A stretch of 64,000 bases of DNA, from NCBI GenBank assembly GCA_910579725.1, contig CAJTUD010000005.1, positions 18,269 to 82,268 on the forward strand. Reading direction: 5' to 3'. Shown here in pieces: positions 46,411 through 55,261 of the stretch; the stretch's first letter is position 1; each line of letters starts with the position of its first letter. Made by a program: the position numbers and the translations under genes. The DNA is from an uncultured Oscillospiraceae bacterium. GTDB lineage: Bacteria > Bacillota > Clostridia > Oscillospirales > Oscillospiraceae. Below the pieces are notes generated by a model. The model was not told where the DNA came from. It saw only the letters and a program-made list of their open reading frames with translations, and made no database searches.

Positions 46411-46671
46411 ATGGATACCTCCATGGTAGCGGAGGTCCTGCGTGAGGGCGTCTGGGTGGTCATCAAGCTGTGTGCGCCCATGCTGCTGCTGAGCATGTCA
46501 GTGGGCGTACTGCTGGCCATTTTTCAGGCTGTCACCCAGATCCATGAGCAGACACTGTCCTTTATCTTCAAGCTGACGGTGGTCATCATTGTACTGCTGG
46601 TAGGTGGAAGCTGGATGATGGAGACGCTGCTGGATTACGCCCGCAGCCTCTTCGATCTGATGCGCGGTTAG
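46411..46671 (+). CDS. fliQ: Flagellar export gate protein FliQ
   Basis: 86 aa with two TM helices and the AIFQAVTQIHEQTLSFIFK motif. Confidence 0.93.
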   Translation: MDTSMVAEVLREGVWVVIKLCAPMLLLSMSVGVLLAIFQAVTQIHEQTLSFIFKLTVVIIVLLVGGSWMMETLLDYARSLFDLMRG

Positions 46672-46682
46672 GGGGCGGCGGC

Positions 46683-47444
46683 GTGGATTGGGCGCAAGTT
46701 ACCCTGTTTTTCATGATTTTGGCCCGGATGAGCGGCTTTGTCCTCTTTAATCCGCTGTTGGGCCGGCAAAGTGTCCCCGGCATTGTCAAAAGCGGCTTTA
46801 TTCTGCTGCTGAGCGTCACGGTGTTTCCCATGACCCCCTATACTCCCACGGTGCCTGAGAGCATTCTGGAGCTGGCTGTGCGGATGCTTCTGGAGCTGGG
46901 AATGGGCTATCTGCTGGGGATTGTGATGAATCTGTTCTTTTATATTCCCCTGCTGGGAGGCGAAACCATTGATATTCAGATGGGCATGAGCATGGGCAAG
47001 ACCTATGACCCCGGCAGCCATGCCTCCACCACGGTGACAGCCTCGCTGCTGAACATTCTGATGATGCTGCTGTTTTTTGCCGGCAATGGGCATCATACCA
47101 TGCTGCAGATTTTCATGACCTCCGGGCGAATCGTGCCCTTCGGGCAGGCAGCCTTCGGGCAGGAGGTTTATCAGGCCATCATTGAGCTGTTTGTTACCTG
47201 CACCATTATGGGCATCAAGCTGTGCATGCCCATCCTGGCGGCGGAATTGCTGGGGCAGGTAGGCATGGGCATTTTGATGAAGGTTATCCCCCAGATCAAC
47301 GTCTTTGCCATCAATATTGAACTGAAGGTAATCATAGGTTTGCTGCTGCTGTTGGTTTTGCTGACGCCGTTCAGCGAGTATCTGCTGCGGGCAGAAAACG
47401 AGATGCTTATGCAGATGCAGCACCTTCTGACGGGAATGGGATGA
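46683..47444 (+). CDS. fliR: Flagellar export gate protein FliR
   Basis: 253 aa, polytopic, with the LARMSGFVLFNP N-terminus typical of FliR. GTG start. Confidence 0.92.
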   Translation: MDWAQVTLFFMILARMSGFVLFNPLLGRQSVPGIVKSGFILLLSVTVFPMTPYTPTVPESILELAVRMLLELGMGYLLGIVMNLFFYIPLLGGETIDIQMGMSMGKTYDPGSHASTTVTASLLNILMMLLFFAGNGHHTMLQIFMTSGRIVPFGQAAFGQEVYQAIIELFVTCTIMGIKLCMPILAAELLGQVGMGILMKVIPQINVFAINIELKVIIGLLLLLVLLTPFSEYLLRAENEMLMQMQHLLTGMG

Positions 47445-47487
47445 GCTGACGGCAGACGGTCCGGTGTGAGAAAGGGGGGAGCGAGCG

Positions 47488-48561
47488 GTGGCCGGTGACT
47501 CCAAAACCGAAAAAGCAACCCCCAAAAAGCGACGGGACGAACGAAAAAAGGGCAACGTCATGATGAGTAAGGATGTGGTGGCTGTAGCCACCCTCCTGGG
47601 CAGTCTGGCGATGCTGAAGCTCATGAGCGGCATGATTTCTCAGGAGGCGGACAGTCTGTTCCGCACTTGCTTCAACTATATTGCGGAGACTACGCCGGAC
47701 GCCATGCCCGATATTTTGCGCCCCCTGCTTTTCAAGTGTATTTTGACCGCAGCGGCGGTGGCCGGGCCATTTTTGGCCGTCACCGCAATACTGGCCGTAT
47801 CGGCCACCTTTGCGCAGACCAAATTGCTGGTCAGCGGAGAGTCTCTGAAGCCAAAGTTCAACCGTATTAGCCCTTTACAGGGATTTAAGCGGCTCTTTTC
47901 TTTGCGCAGCGTGATTGAGGCCCTGAAGGGAATTCTGAAAATCACGATTCTGCTGTATCTCATTTATAATTATTTCCAAAAAGTGGCCATTGGATTCTCC
48001 AGATTTCTGGACATGGAGATCAGTCAGGCCTGTTCCATTTTGTTTGACGACATCCTTACGCTGATTGTGCAGGTTGTCATCGCCTTCACAGCGCTGGCCG
48101 GAGCGGACTACCTTTACCAGTGGTGGGACTACGAGCGGCAGCTGAAGATGTCCAAACAGGAAGTGAAGGAAGAATACAAGCAGACCGAAGGCGACCCACA
48201 AGTGAAAGGAAAGATCAAGGAGATCCAGCGGCGCCGGGCCCAGCAGCGCATGATGCAGCAGGTTCCCGGAGCGGATGTGGTGATCCGTAACCCTACCCAC
48301 GTGGCTGTAGCGCTGAGGTATAAGCCGGATATTGACGACGCGCCGCTGGTAGTGGCAAAAGGACTGGATGAATTGGCCCTGCGCATTGTGGCTGTGGCCG
48401 AGGAAAATGGCGTCGCCGTTATCGAAAACGTTCCCCTGGCCCGCGGACTGTATGCGGACGCGCCGCTGGACAGGATGATCCCCATGGAGTTCTATGGACC
48501 TGTGGCGGAGGTACTGGTCTATGTGCTCAAGCTGGACCAGGAGGAAAAACCCCGGCAATGA
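47488..48561 (+). CDS. flhB: Flagellar export switch protein FlhB
   Basis: N-terminus KTEKATPKKRRDERKKG, four TM helices, and the autocleavage site NPTH (VIRNPTHVAVAL). Confidence 0.95.
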   Translation: MAGDSKTEKATPKKRRDERKKGNVMMSKDVVAVATLLGSLAMLKLMSGMISQEADSLFRTCFNYIAETTPDAMPDILRPLLFKCILTAAAVAGPFLAVTAILAVSATFAQTKLLVSGESLKPKFNRISPLQGFKRLFSLRSVIEALKGILKITILLYLIYNYFQKVAIGFSRFLDMEISQACSILFDDILTLIVQVVIAFTALAGADYLYQWWDYERQLKMSKQEVKEEYKQTEGDPQVKGKIKEIQRRRAQQRMMQQVPGADVVIRNPTHVAVALRYKPDIDDAPLVVAKGLDELALRIVAVAEENGVAVIENVPLARGLYADAPLDRMIPMEFYGPVAEVLVYVLKLDQEEKPRQ

Positions 48562-48638
48562 AGTGGAAACTGTCTGCCCTTTATGGGCGTTGATATAGTT
48601 AAAGTAAGGCAGCCTAGAGCTTATTTCTGGAAAGGACC

Positions 48639-50753
48639 TTGCCCATGAAGCGAATTCTCCAAAACGCCATAGCGCTCGCGGTGGTTGTCATCGTCCTGTT
48701 CATTGTAGTTCCCTTACCCCTGGCACTGCTGGATGTGCTGCTGGTGGTGAATATCTCCCTGTCCATGCTGATTCTGGTTATCACCATGACGGTGTCGGAT
48801 GCGCTGGATTTCTCTATTTTTCCGTCCCTGCTGCTGATTACCACGCTGTTCCGATTGGGATTGAACATTTCCACAACCCGGCAGATTCTGGGTAACAACG
48901 GCAACGCCGGCAGCGTGATTCTCTCCTTCGGTAATATGATTACCCAGGGAAATATCGTACTGGGTGTCATTATCTTTCTGATTATCGTGCTGGTCCAGCT
49001 GATCGTCGTGACCAAGGGCGCGGAGCGTGTGTCCGAAGTGGCGGCCCGTTTCACCCTGGACGCCATGCCCGGCAAGCAGATGGCTATTGATGCAGACCTG
49101 AGTTCCGGCTTGATTGATGAGCAGGGGGCCAAGGACCGCCGGGCAAAAATCCAGAAGGAAGCGGATTTTTATGGCGCAATGGACGGTGCCACCAAGTTTG
49201 TCAAGGGAGACGCCACCCTGAGCCTGATTGTTACCGCCATTAACTTCGTGGGCGGCCTGATTATGGGTGTGACCATCGGTAAGATGGAGATGGGCGTGGC
49301 GGTGCAGACCTACTCCATCGCCACCATCGGTGACGGTCTGGTCAGTCAGATTCCTTCTCTGATGATCTCTACGGCCACTGCCATGGTAGTTACCCGGACC
49401 GTATCCGACGGCAGCCTCAATGACGACGTGGTCCGGCAGTTTTTGGGCCAACCCAAAGCCATTCTTACCGCCGGACTGGTGATTGCGCTGTTGGGCTGCA
49501 TTCCCGGCACTCCCCATGTGCCGCTGCTGATCGTGGGCGTCGGGCTGGCCGTTTCCGGCTGGTTTATCAGCACCAAAGCCGATAAGCAGCAGGTGGAGGA
49601 GGCCGCTGTTCAGGCGGCTGCCGCCGCAGTGCAGGAGGAGGCGCCTCAGCCAAGCGCCAATGAGTTCTATAAGGATATCAACAATATTTATCCGCTTTTG
49701 ACGGTGGATCCCATCGAAATGGAGTTTGGATACAGTCTTATTCCCATGGTGGACGAAAACAGCGGCGGCAAGCTGATCGGCCGCATCGTCATTTTCCGCA
49801 GGCAGTACGCTCAGGATATGGGCTTTGTCATTCCCTCCATCCGCTTCCATGACTCCTCTGCGCTGGGAACCAACCAGTATGTGGTGAAGATCAAAGGCGA
49901 AGAGGTGGCCCGGGGCGAGATTCTGGTGGACTATTATCTGGCCTTGGAGCCGGCCAATCCCGCCGGAGAGATCGACGGTATTGAAACTGTGGAGCCTGCT
50001 TATGGCATTCCTTCCCGGTGGATTCTGCCAGAGAACAAGGAAATGGCGGAAATTTACGGCTATACGGTGATTGACCCGCTCTCGGTTATGCAGACTCACC
50101 TCAGCGAGGTTGTTCGCTCTCATGCCCACGAACTGCTGGGCCGGGCAGAGGTGATTCAGCTGGTGGAAAATCTCAAGCGAACCTCTCCCGAGCTGGTGGA
50201 GGAGGCGATTCCCAATTTCCTCAGCTATGCCCATCTGGAGCGTATTCTTCGCAACCTGCTGCGGGAGGGCGTGCCTATCCGGGATCTGGGCACCATTCTG
50301 GAAACCGCAGTGGACGCTCTGGCTACCACCAAGGATTTGGATATGGTTACAGAGAATGTCCGCTCCGCGCTCAGCCGCACCATCACCCGCCGCTTCTGCG
50401 AGCATGGGCAGCTGCGGGTGGTTACGCTGGATGCCGAGGTGGAGAAGCGGGTGATCGCATCCCTGAGCAAGAACGAGCAGGGAATTTACCTGGCCATGGG
50501 TCCCGATCTCATGCAGCAGATTGTTACCCAGCTGGCGGATTTGATCAAGAAGTTCAACGATCTGGGGCAGACGCCCATTGTGCTGACCAGCCAGGTCATC
50601 CGGGTCTATTTTGCCCGGATGCTGGCTCAGTTTTACCCGAATCTGTACGTGTTGGCCTTCAATGAGATTACCAGTGACGTGCAGATTCAGTCCCTTGGCA
50701 ATATTACCATGCTGCGGGATGCCGGAGCGCAGAGAAAGGCGGCGGCAGTATGA
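48639..50753 (+). CDS. flhA: Flagellar export gate protein FlhA
   Basis: 704 aa with a TM domain carrying the FHIPEP-type loop (RFTLDAMPGKQMAIDADL), a linker and a cytoplasmic ring domain. Confidence 0.96.
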   Translation: MPMKRILQNAIALAVVVIVLFIVVPLPLALLDVLLVVNISLSMLILVITMTVSDALDFSIFPSLLLITTLFRLGLNISTTRQILGNNGNAGSVILSFGNMITQGNIVLGVIIFLIIVLVQLIVVTKGAERVSEVAARFTLDAMPGKQMAIDADLSSGLIDEQGAKDRRAKIQKEADFYGAMDGATKFVKGDATLSLIVTAINFVGGLIMGVTIGKMEMGVAVQTYSIATIGDGLVSQIPSLMISTATAMVVTRTVSDGSLNDDVVRQFLGQPKAILTAGLVIALLGCIPGTPHVPLLIVGVGLAVSGWFISTKADKQQVEEAAVQAAAAAVQEEAPQPSANEFYKDINNIYPLLTVDPIEMEFGYSLIPMVDENSGGKLIGRIVIFRRQYAQDMGFVIPSIRFHDSSALGTNQYVVKIKGEEVARGEILVDYYLALEPANPAGEIDGIETVEPAYGIPSRWILPENKEMAEIYGYTVIDPLSVMQTHLSEVVRSHAHELLGRAEVIQLVENLKRTSPELVEEAIPNFLSYAHLERILRNLLREGVPIRDLGTILETAVDALATTKDLDMVTENVRSALSRTITRRFCEHGQLRVVTLDAEVEKRVIASLSKNEQGIYLAMGPDLMQQIVTQLADLIKKFNDLGQTPIVLTSQVIRVYFARMLAQFYPNLYVLAFNEITSDVQIQSLGNITMLRDAGAQRKAAAV

Positions 50754-51568
50754 GCGCCGGGGGCGCCCCTCTGACCATGGAGGAGCTGGGTTATACCCAG
50801 AGAGAGCTGGATGAGATGAGCAAGGAGGATCTGCTCCTGCTCTATCGCTCCAGCGGCTGTCCGGACCTGAAATGGCCTTTGGCTCTGCGGTATGTCGGGC
50901 TGGTGAAGTCCATTGCTTTGCAGGTGCGGGGCGTGTATTCCAGCTTCGCTCAGGTGGACGATATCATCAACGAAGGGGTTCTGGCTCTGGTGGGAGCCAT
51001 TGACAAGTTTGATCCCGACAAGGGAATCAAGTTTGAAACCTTTGTCTCCAAACGCATCCGCGGGGCGGTCATTGACCTGGCCAGACGGCAGGACTGGGTG
51101 CCCCGCAGTGTGCGGCGGAAGGCCCGGGAAATTGATCAGGCCAGCGTGGAGCTTTACTCCGAGCTGGGCCGCTGTCCCACCGACAGCGAAATAGCCGGCC
51201 GGCTGGGCATCAGTAGCCAGCAGTATCAGGAGGATCTGGCCAACTCCGCCCTGTGCAACCTGCTCAGTCTGGATTCCATTTTTGACGATCAGGAGCAGGG
51301 AGGGGTGGACGTGGCGGACAGCGCCGGCGCGGGCCGCCCGGAGGACTCTCTGCTGCGTCAGGAGCTGCTGGACACACTTACCGAGGGCATTGCCTCCCTG
51401 CGGGAGAACGAGCAGATGGTGGTGTCCCTGTACTATAGGAAAAACCTCAGCATGAAGGAAATTGCCCAGGTCATGGAGGTCAGCGAACCGCGCATCTCCC
51501 AGATTCATTCCCGGGCCATCCAGAAGCTGAAGCTGTATATGAAGCAATACATGAATGGGGAAAAATGA
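50750..51568 (+). CDS. fliA: Flagellar sigma factor sigma-28 (FliA/SigD)
   Basis: Sigma-70 regions 2-4 are present (LRYVGLVKSIA..., DDIINEGVLALVGAIDKFD, MKEIAQVMEVSEPRISQIHSRAIQKLK). The start overlaps the flhA stop (ATGA). Confidence 0.9.
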   Translation: MSAGGAPLTMEELGYTQRELDEMSKEDLLLLYRSSGCPDLKWPLALRYVGLVKSIALQVRGVYSSFAQVDDIINEGVLALVGAIDKFDPDKGIKFETFVSKRIRGAVIDLARRQDWVPRSVRRKAREIDQASVELYSELGRCPTDSEIAGRLGISSQQYQEDLANSALCNLLSLDSIFDDQEQGGVDVADSAGAGRPEDSLLRQELLDTLTEGIASLRENEQMVVSLYYRKNLSMKEIAQVMEVSEPRISQIHSRAIQKLKLYMKQYMNGEK

Positions 51569-51592
51569 TCCCCCTGAGAGGAGAGACTGCTT

Positions 51593-52348
51593 ATGTTCAA
51601 GGGATTTTATCAGCTTACCTCCGCCATGCTCAGTCAGGGCCGCCGGCTGGATGTGATTTCCAACAATATGACCAACGTTTCCACCGCCGGCTATAAGGCC
51701 GACCGGTATACCGACAGTACCGCTTTCAAAGAGGTGATGCTCAGCCGGGTGGGGAACAAAGACAAGGTCAATACCGAGGAGCTGGGACGGATCAGCTATA
51801 TTCTGGCTCCCGACGAGCTGTATACGGACTACACACAGGGCTCTCTGGAAGAGACGGAGCTGCCGCTGGATTTTGCCATCGAAGGGGACGGCTTCTTTGC
51901 GATTGAGTGGAACGGCGAAGTGGGCTATACCCGGGCGGGAAGTTTCAACCTGGATGAAGAGGGCTATCTGGTGCTGCCGGGGCAGGGCCGGGTGCTGGAC
52001 GCCAACCGCCAGCCCATTCAGCTGCCCACGGACAATATCTACGTGGATGCGGACGGGGGCATCTTTACCATGGAAAACCGCAACCAGCTGGCCACGCTGG
52101 GGATTTTTGCCTTCCAGGACAACGGAGCTCTGGTACGCAATGACCACGGTCTGTTTACCGGCGGCCAGCTTCAGGAGAGCACAGGTTATGTCATCCACCA
52201 TGGCATGGTGGAGCGCTCCAACAGCAACATGGTCCACGAGATGGTGGCAATGATGGGTGCCCAGCGGGCCATCCAGAGCGCTGCGGAGATGAGCAAGATT
52301 TATGATCAGGTCATAACCAAGGATACCACCGAGCTCGGCCGCCTGTAA
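51593..52348 (+). CDS. Flagellar basal-body rod protein, FlgF/FlgG family
   Basis: N-terminus LSQGRRLDVISNNMTNVSTAGYK and a C-terminal rod helix (ERSNSNMVHEMVAMMGAQRAIQSAAEM). Confidence 0.85.
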   Translation: MFKGFYQLTSAMLSQGRRLDVISNNMTNVSTAGYKADRYTDSTAFKEVMLSRVGNKDKVNTEELGRISYILAPDELYTDYTQGSLEETELPLDFAIEGDGFFAIEWNGEVGYTRAGSFNLDEEGYLVLPGQGRVLDANRQPIQLPTDNIYVDADGGIFTMENRNQLATLGIFAFQDNGALVRNDHGLFTGGQLQESTGYVIHHGMVERSNSNMVHEMVAMMGAQRAIQSAAEMSKIYDQVITKDTTELGRL

Positions 52349-52395
52349 GGTGAAGAGCTTGCTGTCATAAGAACGGAAAGGAAGGTGCGCGTCAG

Positions 52396-53172
52396 ATGAA
52401 TATGTCATTTTACAGCGCCGCCGTCGGCGCCTACCAGCAGCAGCTGCGTATGGATGTCCAGTCCCATAATATTGCCAACGTCAACACCCAGGGCTACCGC
52501 TGCGAGCGGGTTGCCTTCGGCGAGCTGATGAACCGCAATGTGGAGGGCATTGACGGCGAGCGGCTGCCCAAGGGTACCGGCGCCAGAATGATCCACGCCC
52601 CCATTGATACCAGCAGCCGGGGGTTCAAGGAGACAGGGATGACCTTTGACTTCGCCATTAACGGAGACGGATTTTTCGCCGTGTTCGATCCGGCCACGGA
52701 GGAGGTGTCCTTTACCCGGGACGGAGCCTTTGAGATGAACGAGTTTCTCATTCCTCCCGCGGAGGACGCGGAGCCGGAGTACGATGAAAATGGCGAGCTG
52801 ATTCCCCCACAGGCCACCTCCGTGTGGCGTCTGAGCGATAACTTTGGCCGCTGTGTGCTGGACCCGGAGGGAAACTTTATTGTCATTGATCCCGAGAACC
52901 GGGAAGCGGATTTGAACATTGGCGTTTTTGATTACGCCATCCATTATGGAATGCTGCACACCAACGACAACCGGTTGGTAGCCACCGATCTTAACGGACA
53001 GTTGTACCTGGGCACCGGCCAGGTGGTGCGGGGGCTTCTGGAAATGAGCAACACCGACCTGACGCAGGAGTTCATCAAGGTGATTGAATCCCAGAGAGCC
53101 TTCAGTTACTGCCTGAAGATGGTGACTGCCACGGATGAGATTGAGACGACCTTCAATAATCTGAGAGGATAA
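52396..53172 (+). CDS. flgG: Flagellar basal-body rod protein, FlgG family
   Basis: N-terminus QQQLRMDVQSHNIANVNTQGYR and C-terminus EMSNTDLTQEFIKVIESQRAFSYCLKMVTATDE. Confidence 0.8.
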   Translation: MNMSFYSAAVGAYQQQLRMDVQSHNIANVNTQGYRCERVAFGELMNRNVEGIDGERLPKGTGARMIHAPIDTSSRGFKETGMTFDFAINGDGFFAVFDPATEEVSFTRDGAFEMNEFLIPPAEDAEPEYDENGELIPPQATSVWRLSDNFGRCVLDPEGNFIVIDPENREADLNIGVFDYAIHYGMLHTNDNRLVATDLNGQLYLGTGQVVRGLLEMSNTDLTQEFIKVIESQRAFSYCLKMVTATDEIETTFNNLRG

Positions 53173-53186
53173 GGGGAGGGCGGAAT

Positions 53187-53810
53187 ATGAACATCAAAAG
53201 CTTTGATCAGCTCAACTCCCTGGAGCTGGACACCCTGAGGGAAATTGGCAGCATCGGCACCGGCAACGCGGCCACCGCACTGGGCCAGCTGCTGAACAGG
53301 GAGGTACGCATCACTTTGCCGGAAGTGCGGATCATGGGCTATAACGAGGCCATTGACTGGATTGGCGGGCCGGAGGCCGTTACCGCCGGCGTGTTGGTGG
53401 GTATGGGCGGCCAGATGAGCGGTGTGATGCTGTCGGTACAAAAGCTGGAATTCATCAATCTGGTGCTGGGCGCCATGCTGGACGTACAGATCAGCGATTA
53501 CGGAGAGCTGGAGGAGATGCACCAGTCCGCGCTCATTGAAGTGGGCAATATTCTCATCTCTACTTTTATCAATGCCCTCTCGGGATTGTCGGGAGTTGCC
53601 GTCAATCTGACGGTGCCCGGCTTCGCCGTGGATATGCAGGGAGCCATTCTGGCTGTGCCTATGGCGATGTACGGAGGAACCAGCGATTACCTGATGACCA
53701 TTGGGGGAAACTTCGTCTGCGACAGCAAGCATGTCCCCTGCCACCTGCTGCTTTCGCCTGATGTGCGTTCTCTGAACTTTTTATTAGCAAAGCTGGGCGT
53801 TGCGGAATGA
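53187..53810 (+). CDS. cheC: CheY-P phosphatase CheC
   Basis: A two-fold CheC repeat. The second site is intact (ALIEVGNIL) and the first has S in place of N (LREIGSIG). It lies upstream of and overlapping cheD. Confidence 0.85.
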   Translation: MNIKSFDQLNSLELDTLREIGSIGTGNAATALGQLLNREVRITLPEVRIMGYNEAIDWIGGPEAVTAGVLVGMGGQMSGVMLSVQKLEFINLVLGAMLDVQISDYGELEEMHQSALIEVGNILISTFINALSGLSGVAVNLTVPGFAVDMQGAILAVPMAMYGGTSDYLMTIGGNFVCDSKHVPCHLLLSPDVRSLNFLLAKLGVAE

Positions 53811-54286
53811 ACGATAAAATTACTGTCGGAATTGCGGATATGAAAATGGCCAAGGGCTCCGGCGTACTGATTACTTATGCTCTTGGCTCCTGTATCGGAC
53901 TGTGCTTTCAGGACCCCGCTCTTCGTCTGGGAGCGCTGCTGCACGTGATGCTCCCCATGAATATGGAGGCGGGGCGGAAAAACCCGATGAAATATGCCGA
54001 CACCGGTATCCGGGAAACGGTGCGGCAGATGACGGGTCAGGGGGCTCTGAAAAGCCGTATTACAGTAAAGATTGCCGGCGGAGCCAAGATGTTTGAGGTC
54101 AGCGGCGGCAGTCTTGGAAATATTGGACAGAGAAACATTGAAAGCGTCCACACTATTCTCCGGCAGGAGGGCATCCGCCTGATTGCGGAGGATGTGGGGG
54201 GCACAGTGGCCCGGACGCTGCTCTTTGATGTAGCCAGCGGACAGGGGTGCATCCGGTCCTACGGCCGGCAGGATATATTTTTCTAA
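53807..54286 (+). CDS. cheD: Chemoreceptor glutamine deamidase CheD
   Basis: ITYALGSCIGLC (catalytic Cys) and LLHVMLP (His) motifs. 159 aa. Confidence 0.92.
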   Translation: MNDKITVGIADMKMAKGSGVLITYALGSCIGLCFQDPALRLGALLHVMLPMNMEAGRKNPMKYADTGIRETVRQMTGQGALKSRITVKIAGGAKMFEVSGGSLGNIGQRNIESVHTILRQEGIRLIAEDVGGTVARTLLFDVASGQGCIRSYGRQDIFF

Positions 54287-54316
54287 GAAATAATTTAGAG
54301 ATGGGAGTGTCAGAGA

Positions 54317-55243
54317 ATGGCTGAAACGCACAACAGCCGGATCCTGCTGGAGTCCGGTACCAATGAAATTGAGATCATGAAGTTCACCATCGGAGGGAAT
54401 CTGTATGGCATCAACGTAGCCAAGGTCCGCGAGATCATGATCTCCGAGCCGGTCAAGCCCATGCCCCATGCCCACCCCTCGGTGGAAGGAATCTTCAAGC
54501 CCCGGGATTCGGTGCTGACGGTGGTGGATCTGCCCCAGTACCTGGGCGTGGAGAGCGAGAAGAATCCCAAAGATATTTTTATCATCACCAATTTCAACAA
54601 GATGTTCATTGCTTTCCGGGTTCACACCGTGGACCGCATCAGCCGTATCTCCTGGACAGATATTCAGAAACCGGATAAGACGGTTTCCGGCGGAGCGGAA
54701 GGCGTGGCCACCGGTATTGCCCAGTGTGACGGCGATCTGGTGACGATTCTGGATTTTGAGCGCATTGTGGCGGAGATTGCGCCGGAAACCACCATCCAGA
54801 TGTCCGAGGTGGAACGCCTGGGTCCCCGGGACCGGAATGACAAGCCCATCTGGGTGGCGGAGGACTCGGTGCTGCTCAGCAAGATGATCGGGGACTCTCT
54901 GCGGAAAGCCAACTATGTCAACTTGAAGATGTTCCCCAACGGGCAGGAGCTGTGGGAAGCCCTGACCTCCCTGCCGGAGAGCCGCGAGCTGACCCGGGAC
55001 GTGGCGCTGATCATCACGGATATTGAGATGCCCCAGATGGATGGTCACCGGCTGACCAAGCTGGTGAAGGACCATCCCCGCTTCCAGGAAATCCCTCTCA
55101 TTATCTTTTCTTCCCTTATCAGCGAGGAGATGCGCATCAAGGGCCGGCAGCTGGGAGCCGACGAGCAGCTGACCAAGCCGGAAATCGGCCATTTGGTGGA
55201 TGTGATGGATCATCTGCTGGAGAGAGTGTCCCAGGCCAAATAG
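54317..55243 (+). CDS. cheV: CheV (CheW-like coupling domain fused to REC domain)
   Basis: An N-terminal CheW domain (EIMKFTIGGNLYGINVAKVREI) and a C-terminal receiver with the phospho-Asp (LIITDIEMPQMDG). Confidence 0.9.
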   Translation: MAETHNSRILLESGTNEIEIMKFTIGGNLYGINVAKVREIMISEPVKPMPHAHPSVEGIFKPRDSVLTVVDLPQYLGVESEKNPKDIFIITNFNKMFIAFRVHTVDRISRISWTDIQKPDKTVSGGAEGVATGIAQCDGDLVTILDFERIVAEIAPETTIQMSEVERLGPRDRNDKPIWVAEDSVLLSKMIGDSLRKANYVNLKMFPNGQELWEALTSLPESRELTRDVALIITDIEMPQMDGHRLTKLVKDHPRFQEIPLIIFSSLISEEMRIKGRQLGADEQLTKPEIGHLVDVMDHLLERVSQAK

Positions 55244-55261
55244 GGAAGGAGTATTATCACT

